Shown: positions 26,143-34,415 of the stretch, in pieces
Layout: each line of letters opens with the position of its first letter
Numbering within the stretch: the stretch's first letter is position 1
Origin: a virus
Taxonomy: Duplodnaviria > Caudoviricetes
Length of the DNA: 38,072 nucleotides
IMG/VR virus record: IMGVR_UViG_3300020043_003485
Coordinates: 1 to 38,072 of that record
Strand: one strand, 5' to 3'
Notes under the pieces: generated by a model
Database searches by the model: none
Told to the model about the DNA's origin: nothing
Seen by the model: the letters and a program-made list of their open reading frames with translations, nothing else
Position numbers and translations under genes: made by a program

Positions 26143-26308
26143 TGTTGTTCTCTTCCGCTTGTTTTGCCGCCATCTCCTCCACCTGTGGACTTGCTTGGTT
26201 TTGGATAAGCATGATTGGGTTTATTGAAAACTCTGCAGGCGATTTACCTAATGCTTGCAAAATACCGTTAACTTGTTCTACTGTGAATTCAAATTTCAAT
26301 GTTGTCAT
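26120..26308 (-). CDS. Hypothetical protein
   Basis: 62-aa ORF, ATGA overlap with the upstream gene. Confidence 0.65.
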   Translation of the reverse strand: MTTLKFEFTVEQVNGILQALGKSPAEFSINPIMLIQNQASPQVEEMAAKQAEENNNEPTPTA

Positions 26309-26613
26309 TTGTTTTTGTTTCCTTTCTTCTTTGGTTGGTTTACTACTCTATTTAAAACCTCTTCACGATAAGCTAGTGTTTCTGGGTTTGTCGTGTATTG
26401 GTTTAGTTTATGTACTCGGCACAGCATATCCATTAATGCTTCCATACGGATGTCATGGAGTTGTTTGATGCCGTATATCATATTGCTCACTTCATCTTCA
26501 GTCATTGGCTTTGGATGATCTCCATGATGCTTAAAAAACATCTCTAAATCATCACTGGTTTGCCATGCCTTATAGATTGCATCTTCTAAGTCGATGTAAG
26601 TGTATTCTTTCAT
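26305..26613 (-). CDS. Hypothetical protein
   Basis: ATG at 26613 overlaps the upstream TGA; MKEYTYIDLEDAIYKAWQTSDD... Confidence 0.7.
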   Translation of the reverse strand: MKEYTYIDLEDAIYKAWQTSDDLEMFFKHHGDHPKPMTEDEVSNMIYGIKQLHDIRMEALMDMLCRVHKLNQYTTNPETLAYREEVLNRVVNQPKKKGNKNK

Positions 26614-26879
26614 GAGCATCTCCTGGGACAGTTTCTACCCTGTTCGCAATCAACATCATGACCATCAGCACAGCATCGTGTTCGTTTAGCAAGCTCTCGT
26701 TCAATGTACCAAATGGCTTTCTTCAAGTCTTCTGTAGCATTGTTTTTCAAGTCTGCTCGCCAGATATATTTAATTGCATTGCCTAGGTTAAAACCCATAT
26801 GTTCTGTAATCTGAATACACTCGATACCACTTGGATGGTCAGTGTAGTGCTTTGGGTGATTAACTGGATCATGCACCAT
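26610..26879 (-). CDS. DUF3310 family protein (T7 gp1.7-like putative nucleotide kinase)
   Basis: DPVNHPKHY, GIECI, GFNLGNAIKYIWRA..K...EDLKKAIWYI. Start placed at ATG 26879. Confidence 0.85.
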   Translation of the reverse strand: MVHDPVNHPKHYTDHPSGIECIQITEHMGFNLGNAIKYIWRADLKNNATEDLKKAIWYIERELAKRTRCCADGHDVDCEQGRNCPRRCS

Positions 26880-27069
26880 ATTTAGCCTCGTTAAACGGTT
26901 GGAATCTTTCATGATGGATTTCTTTAACAACAGCAGCAACCTCTTCGCGGTTCTCGCACAAAAAGATTTTCTTGATTGGTTGGTATTGACTTGTGTCTAA
27001 GTCTTCAACCCCGTAAACGGTTTCGCATTGCCAAATGCCATCTTTCTCATGTTCTACAACAAATATCAT
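26869..27069 (-). CDS. Hypothetical protein
   Basis: 66-aa ORF with an AAGGAG RBS, coupled to the upstream gene. Confidence 0.65.
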   Translation of the reverse strand: MIFVVEHEKDGIWQCETVYGVEDLDTSQYQPIKKIFLCENREEVAAVVKEIHHERFQPFNEAKYGA

Positions 27070-27377
27070 AGATCTAACTCCTTCTTAATAAACTCTAATG
27101 CTTTTTTGTAATGGTATCGCCAATACTTTTCAGTAACTCCTAAATCATTATAACTCATTCCTAACAAAAAAGCCTCAATGATTTGTTGTTGTCTTGGAGA
27201 CATACGCTCATCAATAATTCTTTGGATATCAATTAAGTCATCCAAGTTCCAGGGAACCCACCCATCGTTGGAGTGGTTGCTTAAACCTTCTAGATCATCT
27301 TGCTCAATCGGATCCATTTCTTCATCAGATAGGCGAGGTTTTACAGCGTTAATTGTATGTTTAATTATTGTTTTCAT
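27066..27377 (-). CDS. Stand-alone sigma70 region 4-like HTH protein
   Basis: IDIQRIIDERMSPRQQQIIEAFLLGMSYNDLGVTEKYWRYHYKKALEFIKKEL follows the LSxRQxxI...GxSYxE...LGxS......xALxxLK pattern of region 4, with a shortened HTH. Acidic N-terminal linker. Confidence 0.55.
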   Translation of the reverse strand: MKTIIKHTINAVKPRLSDEEMDPIEQDDLEGLSNHSNDGWVPWNLDDLIDIQRIIDERMSPRQQQIIEAFLLGMSYNDLGVTEKYWRYHYKKALEFIKKELDL

Positions 27378-28708
27378 TGCTTGAGGGCTTCCAATAGAGC
27401 GTCTTGTAAATTTATCTTATTTTCTAAAACTTTAACCACTTGTTCGTCAATTGAGTTTTCCACTGAAAGGTGGTGAATAATGACTGGTTTTGTTTGTCCC
27501 TGTCTGTATACCCTTGCATTGGCTTGAATGTAGTTCTCTGATGAGTAAGGCAAGTCGTACCAGATGCACTGAGCCAAATCGCCGTTGTTACATTGGAGGT
27601 TAAGTCCGATGCCTCCTGATTGAGGGTGCGCCACAAGTAATTTAATGTCACCGTTACGCCATGCTGCGATATTATCGTCTTGCAAAACAACCGCCTCTGG
27701 AAACCTTTCTTGAATCCTTTGAAGAGAATGTTTGAAATGATAGAACAAGAGTGTTGGGGCAGAGCTTTCTTCCAACAACGATTCGAGAAACTCCAGTTTT
27801 GTGTTGTGGATGGTAACTGCATCGCCCCCTTCATTATAGATCGCTCCCGAAGTGAACTGTAACAGCTTGTTGGTAAGTGTCGCGGCTGTTGGGGCAGTAA
27901 TCTCTTCTGCGCCAATCTCAGCGACCATGTTCTTTTTAAGCTCATTGTACTTAGCTTTCACATCCTTATCTAAAGCTATTGAATGGTATAGTTTTGTAAG
28001 TTTTGGTAGCTGTAAGTAGTCGTCAGCACGTAAACTAAAACAAATATCACTGATGTTATTTTGAATAATAGTATCTGCACCTTCGTTTATTCCCCATTTA
28101 TAAACCACTCCCGTATGCCTATTGCGATCTGTAACATGCATATATTTATCTCTAAAAGACGTTAAGCTTTTGCCTAGTCTTTCACCTAAATCTAATATGG
28201 CCACCTGCGCCCATAGATCTGCATACCCTTGGGGTGTTGGTGTTCCAGTGGCAATGATGCGTCTTTTAAATTGGCGCATTACTTTTTTAAGCGCTTTGAA
28301 TCGTTTTGTACTTGGGTCTTTGAATCGGCTGGACTCATCGATAATGAGATAGTCAAATTGATTATCAACCCAATTATCAACGAGCCAAGCAACATTCTCA
28401 AGATTGATAACATACACATCCAAAGAGCTTTGCAAGACCTTTAATCTCTGTGTCGGTGAGCCCATAACTAGACCTATTTTCAAAGAGCTCAAGTGCTTCC
28501 AATTGTTTGCTTCCTGCGCCCATACAGATTCGGCAACCCTCTTTGGAGCGATTACAAGGGTCTTCCCCTTCGGGCTCTCCTCGATGATGGTGAGCGCCGT
28601 CACAGTCTTCCCCAACCCTGGCTCCATCAACAACCCCAGGTTCGGAATTGTTTTGGCTTTCTCCAATATGTTGAGTTGATATTGATGCAAGTTCGTTTTT
28701 AATAGCAT
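27374..28708 (-). CDS. SNF2-family (SF2) helicase
   Basis: LHQYQ, MEPGLGKT, LVIAP, IIDES, TGTP, HPQSGGIGLNLQ and QANARVYRQGQ. Confidence 0.92.
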   Translation of the reverse strand: MLLKTNLHQYQLNILEKAKTIPNLGLLMEPGLGKTVTALTIIEESPKGKTLVIAPKRVAESVWAQEANNWKHLSSLKIGLVMGSPTQRLKVLQSSLDVYVINLENVAWLVDNWVDNQFDYLIIDESSRFKDPSTKRFKALKKVMRQFKRRIIATGTPTPQGYADLWAQVAILDLGERLGKSLTSFRDKYMHVTDRNRHTGVVYKWGINEGADTIIQNNISDICFSLRADDYLQLPKLTKLYHSIALDKDVKAKYNELKKNMVAEIGAEEITAPTAATLTNKLLQFTSGAIYNEGGDAVTIHNTKLEFLESLLEESSAPTLLFYHFKHSLQRIQERFPEAVVLQDDNIAAWRNGDIKLLVAHPQSGGIGLNLQCNNGDLAQCIWYDLPYSSENYIQANARVYRQGQTKPVIIHHLSVENSIDEQVVKVLENKINLQDALLEALKQ

Positions 28709-29054
28709 GTACCATTCTTTCTAAAATTGGGAGCATCATCTCTGTACCATACTCAGCCAGCGCACAATTAACAGCCCATAGAATAACTCGTGTGTTTTCT
28801 ACCGTATAGTGTTTTGTTTTATCTATTCTATCTAATGATGGGGCATCCGGTCTTCTTGTCAATCCTTCTGGAGGAGGCTCAAAACTAAAAGCAATTCCAG
28901 TTAACTCACAAGTGCCTCGTTTTAAATGCTCCTCCACCCAATCATTGTCAATTAAAACCTCTATATTCTTTTTCTTTGAACGAGTTTTAGCATTGTTTAT
29001 AAGCGTTCTAGCTCGTCCATTTGTTGTTCTTTTATAGTTAGCTGAATTTGCCAT
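28398..29054 (-). CDS. HNH-like endonuclease with long C-terminal extension overlapping the helicase gene
   Basis: CELTG...PSLDRIDKTKHYTVENTRVILWAVN is typical of phage HNH-like endonucleases. The last ~103 codons overlap SNF2 in another frame. Confidence 0.7.
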   Translation of the reverse strand: MANSANYKRTTNGRARTLINNAKTRSKKKNIEVLIDNDWVEEHLKRGTCELTGIAFSFEPPPEGLTRRPDAPSLDRIDKTKHYTVENTRVILWAVNCALAEYGTEMMLPILERMVHAIKNELASISTQHIGESQNNSEPGVVDGARVGEDCDGAHHHRGEPEGEDPCNRSKEGCRICMGAGSKQLEALELFENRSSYGLTDTEIKGLAKLFGCVCYQS

Positions 29055-29310
29055 CTAAGAAATTCTCCACGTCAGATTTACTTCTTAGAATGTGTACCTT
29101 TTGTCCATGTTCTTCGAGTTGCTTGAAGACCAACTTTTGGCGCTCCGAGACGACTCCTGTCGATGTCTTGAGTTCCACTAGGTGTATTTGGTTGTTGAGT
29201 ATTACAATTCTGTCCGGTACTCCCGTCACTGTGCTTATCCACTTGAACGATAGTCCCTTCCTTTCCTTGACTTTGTTGTTTAGATATCTTTCGACTTCCT
29301 TTTCCAACAT
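29038..29310 (-). CDS. VRR-NUC domain nuclease
   Basis: MLEKEVERYL...KW...GVPDRI...VELK...G.VS.RQ. Start placed at ATG 29310. Confidence 0.88.
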   Translation of the reverse strand: MLEKEVERYLNNKVKERKGLSFKWISTVTGVPDRIVILNNQIHLVELKTSTGVVSERQKLVFKQLEEHGQKVHILRSKSDVENFLDGKFS

Positions 29311-29713
29311 TTTTTCTTGCCTCCAGACTTGCTTTATGTAATATGATGCCTTGGGTAATCTGTTTGACAATATGCTCAGTTAGGTATGCTCTGGACTCTT
29401 CACCAATATCTTCAGGCTCTTCACCAATGTGCTCAAACACACGACAAACACAGTGGGTTGCTTCATGCGCCACTGTGCCTGCTAATGTTGCTGCACCTTC
29501 ATCACACTCAGATAAATCAAACACTAAAATAATAATGCCTTGTTTACCATCCGTCAAATAGTGTGTCTCAGCAATCCCCTCATCCAATGCAGTAGCCTTG
29601 GCGGGGATGCCATGATCACTCAAGATCACTTGAAAATCTTCGTTGGAGAAACATAACTTGATCTGTACTGGAAAATGTCCGCAGTCTACATGGTAATAAT
29701 TAAACTTTTTCAT
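29078..29713 (-). CDS. HEXXH-motif hypothetical protein (zincin-like)
   Basis: VAHEATH followed by EExxAYL. The C-terminal ~77 codons overlap VRR-NUC. Confidence 0.6.
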   Translation of the reverse strand: MKKFNYYHVDCGHFPVQIKLCFSNEDFQVILSDHGIPAKATALDEGIAETHYLTDGKQGIIILVFDLSECDEGAATLAGTVAHEATHCVCRVFEHIGEEPEDIGEESRAYLTEHIVKQITQGIILHKASLEARKNVGKGSRKISKQQSQGKEGTIVQVDKHSDGSTGQNCNTQQPNTPSGTQDIDRSRLGAPKVGLQATRRTWTKGTHSKK

Positions 29714-29916
29714 TTCTCACTCGCTTTCTTTAGTATTGCCTTACCTTTTTTGCTAATTGGTTTTGATGCTATCTTGCTTGCATCGGATAATTTTTCATAG
29801 CACTTTAACTTAGCCACTAATTGACGAATTACAACAATGGCTTCATCAATATCGTATCTTTCAACCTCACCATCCTGTAACCAATCAGCCAGCTTTAATG
29901 CTTCTTCGTTAGTCAT
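29710..29916 (-). CDS. Hypothetical protein
   Basis: ATG at 29916 with an AAGGAG RBS; MTNEEALKLADWL... Confidence 0.65.
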   Translation of the reverse strand: MTNEEALKLADWLQDGEVERYDIDEAIVVIRQLVAKLKCYEKLSDASKIASKPISKKGKAILKKASEK

Positions 29917-29990
29917 TTCTTCAACTCCTTCAATATGCACTCCAAGCGGTACACAATCACTACTAAGCAAACTAAGATAGCCCAGCTCAT
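29913..29990 (-). CDS. 25-aa hydrophobic mini-protein
   Basis: MSWAILVCLVVIVYRLECILKELKK. TAATG overlap with the primase stop and ATGA overlap with the next gene. Confidence 0.5.
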   Translation of the reverse strand: MSWAILVCLVVIVYRLECILKELKK

Positions 29991-32308
29991 TAAAAAATAT
30001 CCTCTTTAAAGTTGCCCAAACTATCTACATAGCGTTGTGCTTTTACATTCAATTTGGCACCACGATACACATACAATCTGTCACCATTGGTGCGGATTGC
30101 ATCTGCCGTAATGTGTTTGTCTTGAGTAGCAGCCAAGAACCTACGCTTGAATGCCAAGTCAGTACCATAGGGCAAGTTCTTCTTGGTTGCCCAGTGTTTG
30201 AAGCAAGCAAACAAATCATCTTTGTCAACATAGGCTGACGCATCGAACTCCAATACATCATTCACAAACGAACCAATTGGGTTAGATAACTCTTCCATCA
30301 CTTCTAACAATTCTAAACCAGTCTTCGGTTGCAAGAAGTAACCACCACGCTCAATTCGTCTACGCAATCCAACCATGCTCCAATTGAAGATGCCTGATAA
30401 TTCTTTCATGAGCTTTGTGCCTAGCTCTGTATCTTCTTTGCCATAGAATGAGTTAGTCATCTTGAGCACAACCATACGTCCTGTTAAAGCATTGGAGTTT
30501 TCTGTTAACTGTAGTACTTCGTTAGAATAAATAACAATCCTAGTAGGAAGATAGCCATTCCATGCCTCCTTGTTCTTCCTATTAACAGTAACAGTGTCAC
30601 CACCAACAATGCGGAGGAGCTGAGATACCACTGCTCCACGGTTACGCTCAGGAGCACGAGCATCAGTAAAAGAAGCCAACAACTTACCAAGCCAAGGCTG
30701 AAGACCAAAAGTATCACACAATTCCCCTAATTCTGGTGCCACAGTATTGTGCTCACCTAATAATGCTACTAAGATTTTATTGATTGTGCCTTTGCCAGAT
30801 CTACGAGGACCAATCACATTGAAAAACTTTTGTTGCTTTGTATCACCGCTCAAGATATAACCAAACATCTCTTGCAACGCTTCAATCGATTCAGGATCTT
30901 CACCCCAAACAGTTTCTAAGAATGTCTCCCATGTTGGGCATGTAGCCTTTGGATCATACTCAAACGGCAAACTGTTCTGTGTAAAGAACCCCAATGAATG
31001 TGGTAGCAAAATGCTATCTTCTAAATGGAACAAACCATTCTTCAAACTGATTAGTTTGTTTGCCTCTGGACGATTGTCTCCATACCCCTCCAACCACACT
31101 GGTGGTTTGGTATTAGGGTGGTTAGGCAAGTGAACAACCGCTTTGATGGCATCCATAGCACCACTCACACTGGCGGGGTTCGGAGCGAATGGCTGTATGT
31201 TGCCTTTCTTATCTTGCTTCTTGCACTTGTCTAAAAACTTATACACATCAGAACGAACTGTACTTTCTTCAACCTCTAAATAGTGATCGCCCTTATACAC
31301 AAAAAAGTCATCAGAGTAGTGAACTAATTTAATGCCTTCTTCAGATGAGTACTTAGCATTTAAAAACGTATAAGCATTCTCCATTGGTGCTAAACCAAGG
31401 ATCATTTCTCCACGCTCCAATGCCTGGGTTCTATTCTTTTGTGAGATCTTGAACACCAAAGTTCTCAAAGTAGCACCGCCACCTTTTTGACTAAAGGTCA
31501 TCCACTTTCTTTCACAAGCCATAGGGGCATAGTTCACTACTGAACCATCACCATAGCTCCAACGATCCCACATCTCACAAGCCTCAATGTCTCCTTGGAA
31601 CTGGTGGTGCAAACACATACCCACTTGCAACCAATCTGTATAGCCACAGTCGGGATCAAAGTTAGGTAACAGTTCTGTCTCCACTCGAGACATATCCCAA
31701 CCTTCTAGTGGTGGGTTGTAGTCTGCAAACGGATCACCAGAGGCCTTAAATGTACGCTCTGGAATAATGCCAGTGAAGTCTTGTGCTTCTGTAGGTAGTT
31801 CACCACTAATCTTATGACCAGTAACAGTGAAATATCTGCCTCGACCATATGCCTCAAAACCTTTATCGTGGTCAACGTGTGCTGTTTGGAACTCAGCACG
31901 AGTAAAAATCTTTACACCAGTGCCTGATGGACTGACTTCCATGTAGCCATTTGTCTTCTTTGCAATGCTACCTAATTCTTCATTTGTAAATACTGAGTGA
32001 TCTTCATCATAGCAATCATCTAAATCGATACCCACAATGTTGTCGTCTGCCGTAAACACAAAACCTATGCCGTCAAATCGACCAGTTAGGTATGCAGCCT
32101 CGACTTCATGAAAGTTTGTCCAAGTGTTTGGATTGGTTGAACTGGCAGCTTTGCCAGTAGATTGAACGGGTAACTTAGACCAACGCTTGTTGTCTTCTTC
32201 CCCAATTTCCACATAATTCCACAATAGCCATCTTGGAATTGTTCTGAGTGATAGAGGGATGTTCTGAAATAGAACTGGTAGTGCTTTCGGTTTCATCTGA
32301 TTTTCCAT
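29990..32308 (-). CDS. Primase-polymerase / PriCT-2 / D5_N / SF3 helicase (P4-family primase-helicase)
   Basis: GIDLD, EVSPSGTG and RYFTVTG (prim-pol); WLQVGMCLH..WDRWS (PriCT-2); KNGL (D5_N); Walker A GPRRSGKGT. ATG at 32308 with an AAGGA RBS. Confidence 0.9.
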   Translation of the reverse strand: MENQMKPKALPVLFQNIPLSLRTIPRWLLWNYVEIGEEDNKRWSKLPVQSTGKAASSTNPNTWTNFHEVEAAYLTGRFDGIGFVFTADDNIVGIDLDDCYDEDHSVFTNEELGSIAKKTNGYMEVSPSGTGVKIFTRAEFQTAHVDHDKGFEAYGRGRYFTVTGHKISGELPTEAQDFTGIIPERTFKASGDPFADYNPPLEGWDMSRVETELLPNFDPDCGYTDWLQVGMCLHHQFQGDIEACEMWDRWSYGDGSVVNYAPMACERKWMTFSQKGGGATLRTLVFKISQKNRTQALERGEMILGLAPMENAYTFLNAKYSSEEGIKLVHYSDDFFVYKGDHYLEVEESTVRSDVYKFLDKCKKQDKKGNIQPFAPNPASVSGAMDAIKAVVHLPNHPNTKPPVWLEGYGDNRPEANKLISLKNGLFHLEDSILLPHSLGFFTQNSLPFEYDPKATCPTWETFLETVWGEDPESIEALQEMFGYILSGDTKQQKFFNVIGPRRSGKGTINKILVALLGEHNTVAPELGELCDTFGLQPWLGKLLASFTDARAPERNRGAVVSQLLRIVGGDTVTVNRKNKEAWNGYLPTRIVIYSNEVLQLTENSNALTGRMVVLKMTNSFYGKEDTELGTKLMKELSGIFNWSMVGLRRRIERGGYFLQPKTGLELLEVMEELSNPIGSFVNDVLEFDASAYVDKDDLFACFKHWATKKNLPYGTDLAFKRRFLAATQDKHITADAIRTNGDRLYVYRGAKLNVKAQRYVDSLGNFKEDIF

Positions 32309-32330
32309 ATTTTCCTTTCTTCTTGCCTCT

Positions 32331-32346
32331 ATACTAATGCAAAAAA
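32331..32346 (-). promoter_or_regulatory. Putative phage promoter core, copy 6 (TTTTTTGCATTAGTAT)
   Basis: About 22 nt upstream of the primase start. TTGCG lies upstream at one nt longer spacing than GGGCG in the other copies. Confidence 0.6.
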
Positions 32347-32408
32347 CCATTGTATTCACGCAACTTTTTATTATCCATATAAATCAAGCACTTACATTTT
32401 TAGCGGCT

Positions 32409-32520
32409 GGGGTAGTCAGGGTAGCGGGGTCTAAACCATGTTGATTGACTTTTTTTTTATTTTAAAAAAATAAAATAATGAATGAACTGTGTTTATACCC
32501 TGACTACCCCGACTTCCCCG
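32409..32520. repeat. 15-bp perfect inverted repeat with iterated 9-mers flanking an A/T tract (candidate replication origin)
   Basis: GGGGTAGTCAGGGTA (32409-32423) pairs with TACCCTGACTACCCC (32496-32510). Poly-T/poly-A centre, non-coding, adjacent to the primase-helicase. Confidence 0.7.
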
Positions 32521-32586
32521 CAAACCTATCTAAAACGCTCTGTATTGAGTCCAGTAAAAAAGGTAGGCTTACCTATGTACTGGATT

Positions 32587-32610
32587 AAAAAACCGCTCTA
32601 AGAGCGGTTT
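32587..32610 (-). terminator. Rho-independent terminator ending the early unit
   Basis: Minus strand AAACCGCTC-TTA-GAGCGGTTTTTT directly after the 32609 stop. Confidence 0.7.
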
Positions 32611-32800
32611 AAGTTAGTTCATGACCATTTCGCTTTACCATCAGTTTAGCCCACTCCCGAAAAGTAACTCGATTCTCTTCGGTTTGCTCATCTCGGCTAT
32701 CCCAAAGCACATCAAACAAATGTTCGCCATCTTCTAAAGTGATTTCAATTTTTAAGAGGTTGCCCTGGTCGTCATGGATTTCTTTTTGTCTAGCTTTCAT
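32609..32800 (-). CDS. Hypothetical protein
   Basis: ATG at 32800 with a GAGGAG RBS; MKARQKEIHDDQGNLLKIE... Confidence 0.7.
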   Translation of the reverse strand: MKARQKEIHDDQGNLLKIEITLEDGEHLFDVLWDSRDEQTEENRVTFREWAKLMVKRNGHELT

Positions 32801-32943
32801 TAGTCGTTCTCCTCTTGTTGTTTGCAATCATGCAATTTGTCTTTAACATAAATCTGGCCGCATTGGGGACAACGGTTCTTAAAAATGTTGTCCCAGTTAT
32901 TGCGATACTCTTCTGTGGTTTGTTTCTGTCTTTCATTGGTCAT
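32800..32943 (-). CDS. Small hypothetical protein with CxxC...HxC (47 aa)
   Basis: MTNERQKQTTEEYRNNWDNIFKNRCPQCGQIYVKDKLHDCKQQEEND. Overlap-coupled on both sides; not in the ORF track. Confidence 0.6.
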   Translation of the reverse strand: MTNERQKQTTEEYRNNWDNIFKNRCPQCGQIYVKDKLHDCKQQEEND

Positions 32944-34064
32944 AATAATTCTTCCACCATTTGAATGCGTTTACCAATCCAGTTCATCACTGGCACTGCC
33001 ATACTGTTACCCATCGCCTTGTAGCGTGGTCCATCGGGTGACTCATCCTTTTTACGCCAAGGAATGTTAGTGTAGTTATCTGGAAAACCTTGTAACCTTT
33101 CACATTCCACTGGTGTCAATCGTCTAACTGCCATATCTGTTGGTGCTACACCATGCACACCAGTAGCGTTCAATGTGTACATGGTATTATCATCAGTGTA
33201 GCCCGTTCCGTTGCCACCGTTCAAGGGCTGTCGCCCGATAGTGTTTTCTGCCAGCGCGAATGGTACATTTCCACCGCCAGTACCCCAACGACTTGTTACT
33301 GTAGTGCATACATCTCCCATTTCTTTTACTCGACTATCAGCGGGATGGTTCTCATAAACCTTTGGTTCTAGAATTAAACCACGACCATCTTTAAGATCTT
33401 GGTTACCAATCCCTTTGTAGTCTCTTGCCATTAAAGTTCCGATTGTTGTGCACCCGTCTGGAGAGCGACTTTCAGTGCGGGTGGTAATTCTCTTCCCCGT
33501 TCTTCCGCCCGTCTTAGGATTCCCGAGCAAGCTTTCTCGCTCAAAAAGAACCGCTGCGGCAGGTCGCCAGTCTCCAAGATGTGCGACAACAAAGACTCTT
33601 CTGCGTCTTTGTGGAACTCCGAAGTATTGAGCGTCCAACACTCTGTAGCTGAACCCATACCCGAGTTCGACCAACGCCCCGAGGAAGGAACCAAAATCCC
33701 GTCCTCCTTTTGAACTGAGGACACCTGGAACGTTTTCCCAAACGAGCCACTTGGGTTTGTACTTGTCAGCAATTCCGAGATAGGTAAGCATGAGGTTACC
33801 ACGAGGGTCGTCCAATCCTTTTCTGAGTCCAGCGACTGAGAATGATTGGCATGGTGTTCCTCCAACGAGAAGGTCAATTGATTCATTTAAATTCCACTCC
33901 TTATATTTAGTCATATCGCCCACATTAGGCACATTTGAATAGTGATGAGCCAGTACTGCACTTGGAAATGGCTCAATCTCTGAAAATGCTACGGGTTTCC
34001 ACCCCAGTGGATGCCACGCTACAGTCGCAGCCTCCACACCACTACACACGCTTAAATACTTCAT
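32940..34064 (-). CDS. DNA (cytosine-5)-methyltransferase
   Basis: Motif I CSGVEA, IV GGTPCQSFS, VI WENVPG, VIII QRRRRVF, IX RRLTPVECERLQGFP, X YKAMGNS. Confidence 0.95.
   Translation of the reverse strand: MKYLSVCSGVEAATVAWHPLGWKPVAFSEIEPFPSAVLAHHYSNVPNVGDMTKYKEWNLNESIDLLVGGTPCQSFSVAGLRKGLDDPRGNLMLTYLGIADKYKPKWLVWENVPGVLSSKGGRDFGSFLGALVELGYGFSYRVLDAQYFGVPQRRRRVFVVAHLGDWRPAAAVLFERESLLGNPKTGGRTGKRITTRTESRSPDGCTTIGTLMARDYKGIGNQDLKDGRGLILEPKVYENHPADSRVKEMGDVCTTVTSRWGTGGGNVPFALAENTIGRQPLNGGNGTGYTDDNTMYTLNATGVHGVAPTDMAVRRLTPVECERLQGFPDNYTNIPWRKKDESPDGPRYKAMGNSMAVPVMNWIGKRIQMVEELL
33431..33886 (-). CDS. Nested alternative-frame ORF inside the methyltransferase (putative second subunit)
   Basis: Own ATG with TAAGGAG 10 nt upstream. 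151 open codons ending in LSHILE...RFFLSEKACSGILRRAEERGRELP. Confidence 0.6.
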   Translation of the reverse strand: MNQLTFSLEEHHANHSQSLDSEKDWTTLVVTSCLPISELLTSTNPSGSFGKTFQVSSVQKEDGILVPSSGRWSNSGMGSATECWTLNTSEFHKDAEESLLSHILETGDLPQRFFLSEKACSGILRRAEERGRELPPALKVALQTGAQQSEL

Positions 34065-34415
34065 CTACTCTTCCCCTTTTAACAATTGATATGTATCTTT
34101 CACTTCGCTTGGTTCATCATCCCAACTATCTTCATCACCATAATCACCATAACTGGCTCTCATGCGTTCTGTTTTTCTATACTCGGGTTCTACTCTAAGC
34201 CATTCTTGGAATGCCTCTTTGTATTCTGTCCATGCCTCATTTTCTAAGAACAATGGATGGTGTGCGCCATCTTCTCGAACACTGCCAACATAGTCAGCAT
34301 GGGGGATGTACTCCCACATATAGTTCTTACTGGTGCGAATCAACTTAACTTTTTCGGCAGCCTTGATATATCTATTGTAGGCTTTAATTTGTTCTGCTGA
34401 GAAATTACTCTTCAT
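34065..34415 (-). CDS. Hypothetical protein
   Basis: 116-aa ORF abutting the MTase start. Confidence 0.7.
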   Translation of the reverse strand: MKSNFSAEQIKAYNRYIKAAEKVKLIRTSKNYMWEYIPHADYVGSVREDGAHHPLFLENEAWTEYKEAFQEWLRVEPEYRKTERMRASYGDYGDEDSWDDEPSEVKDTYQLLKGEE

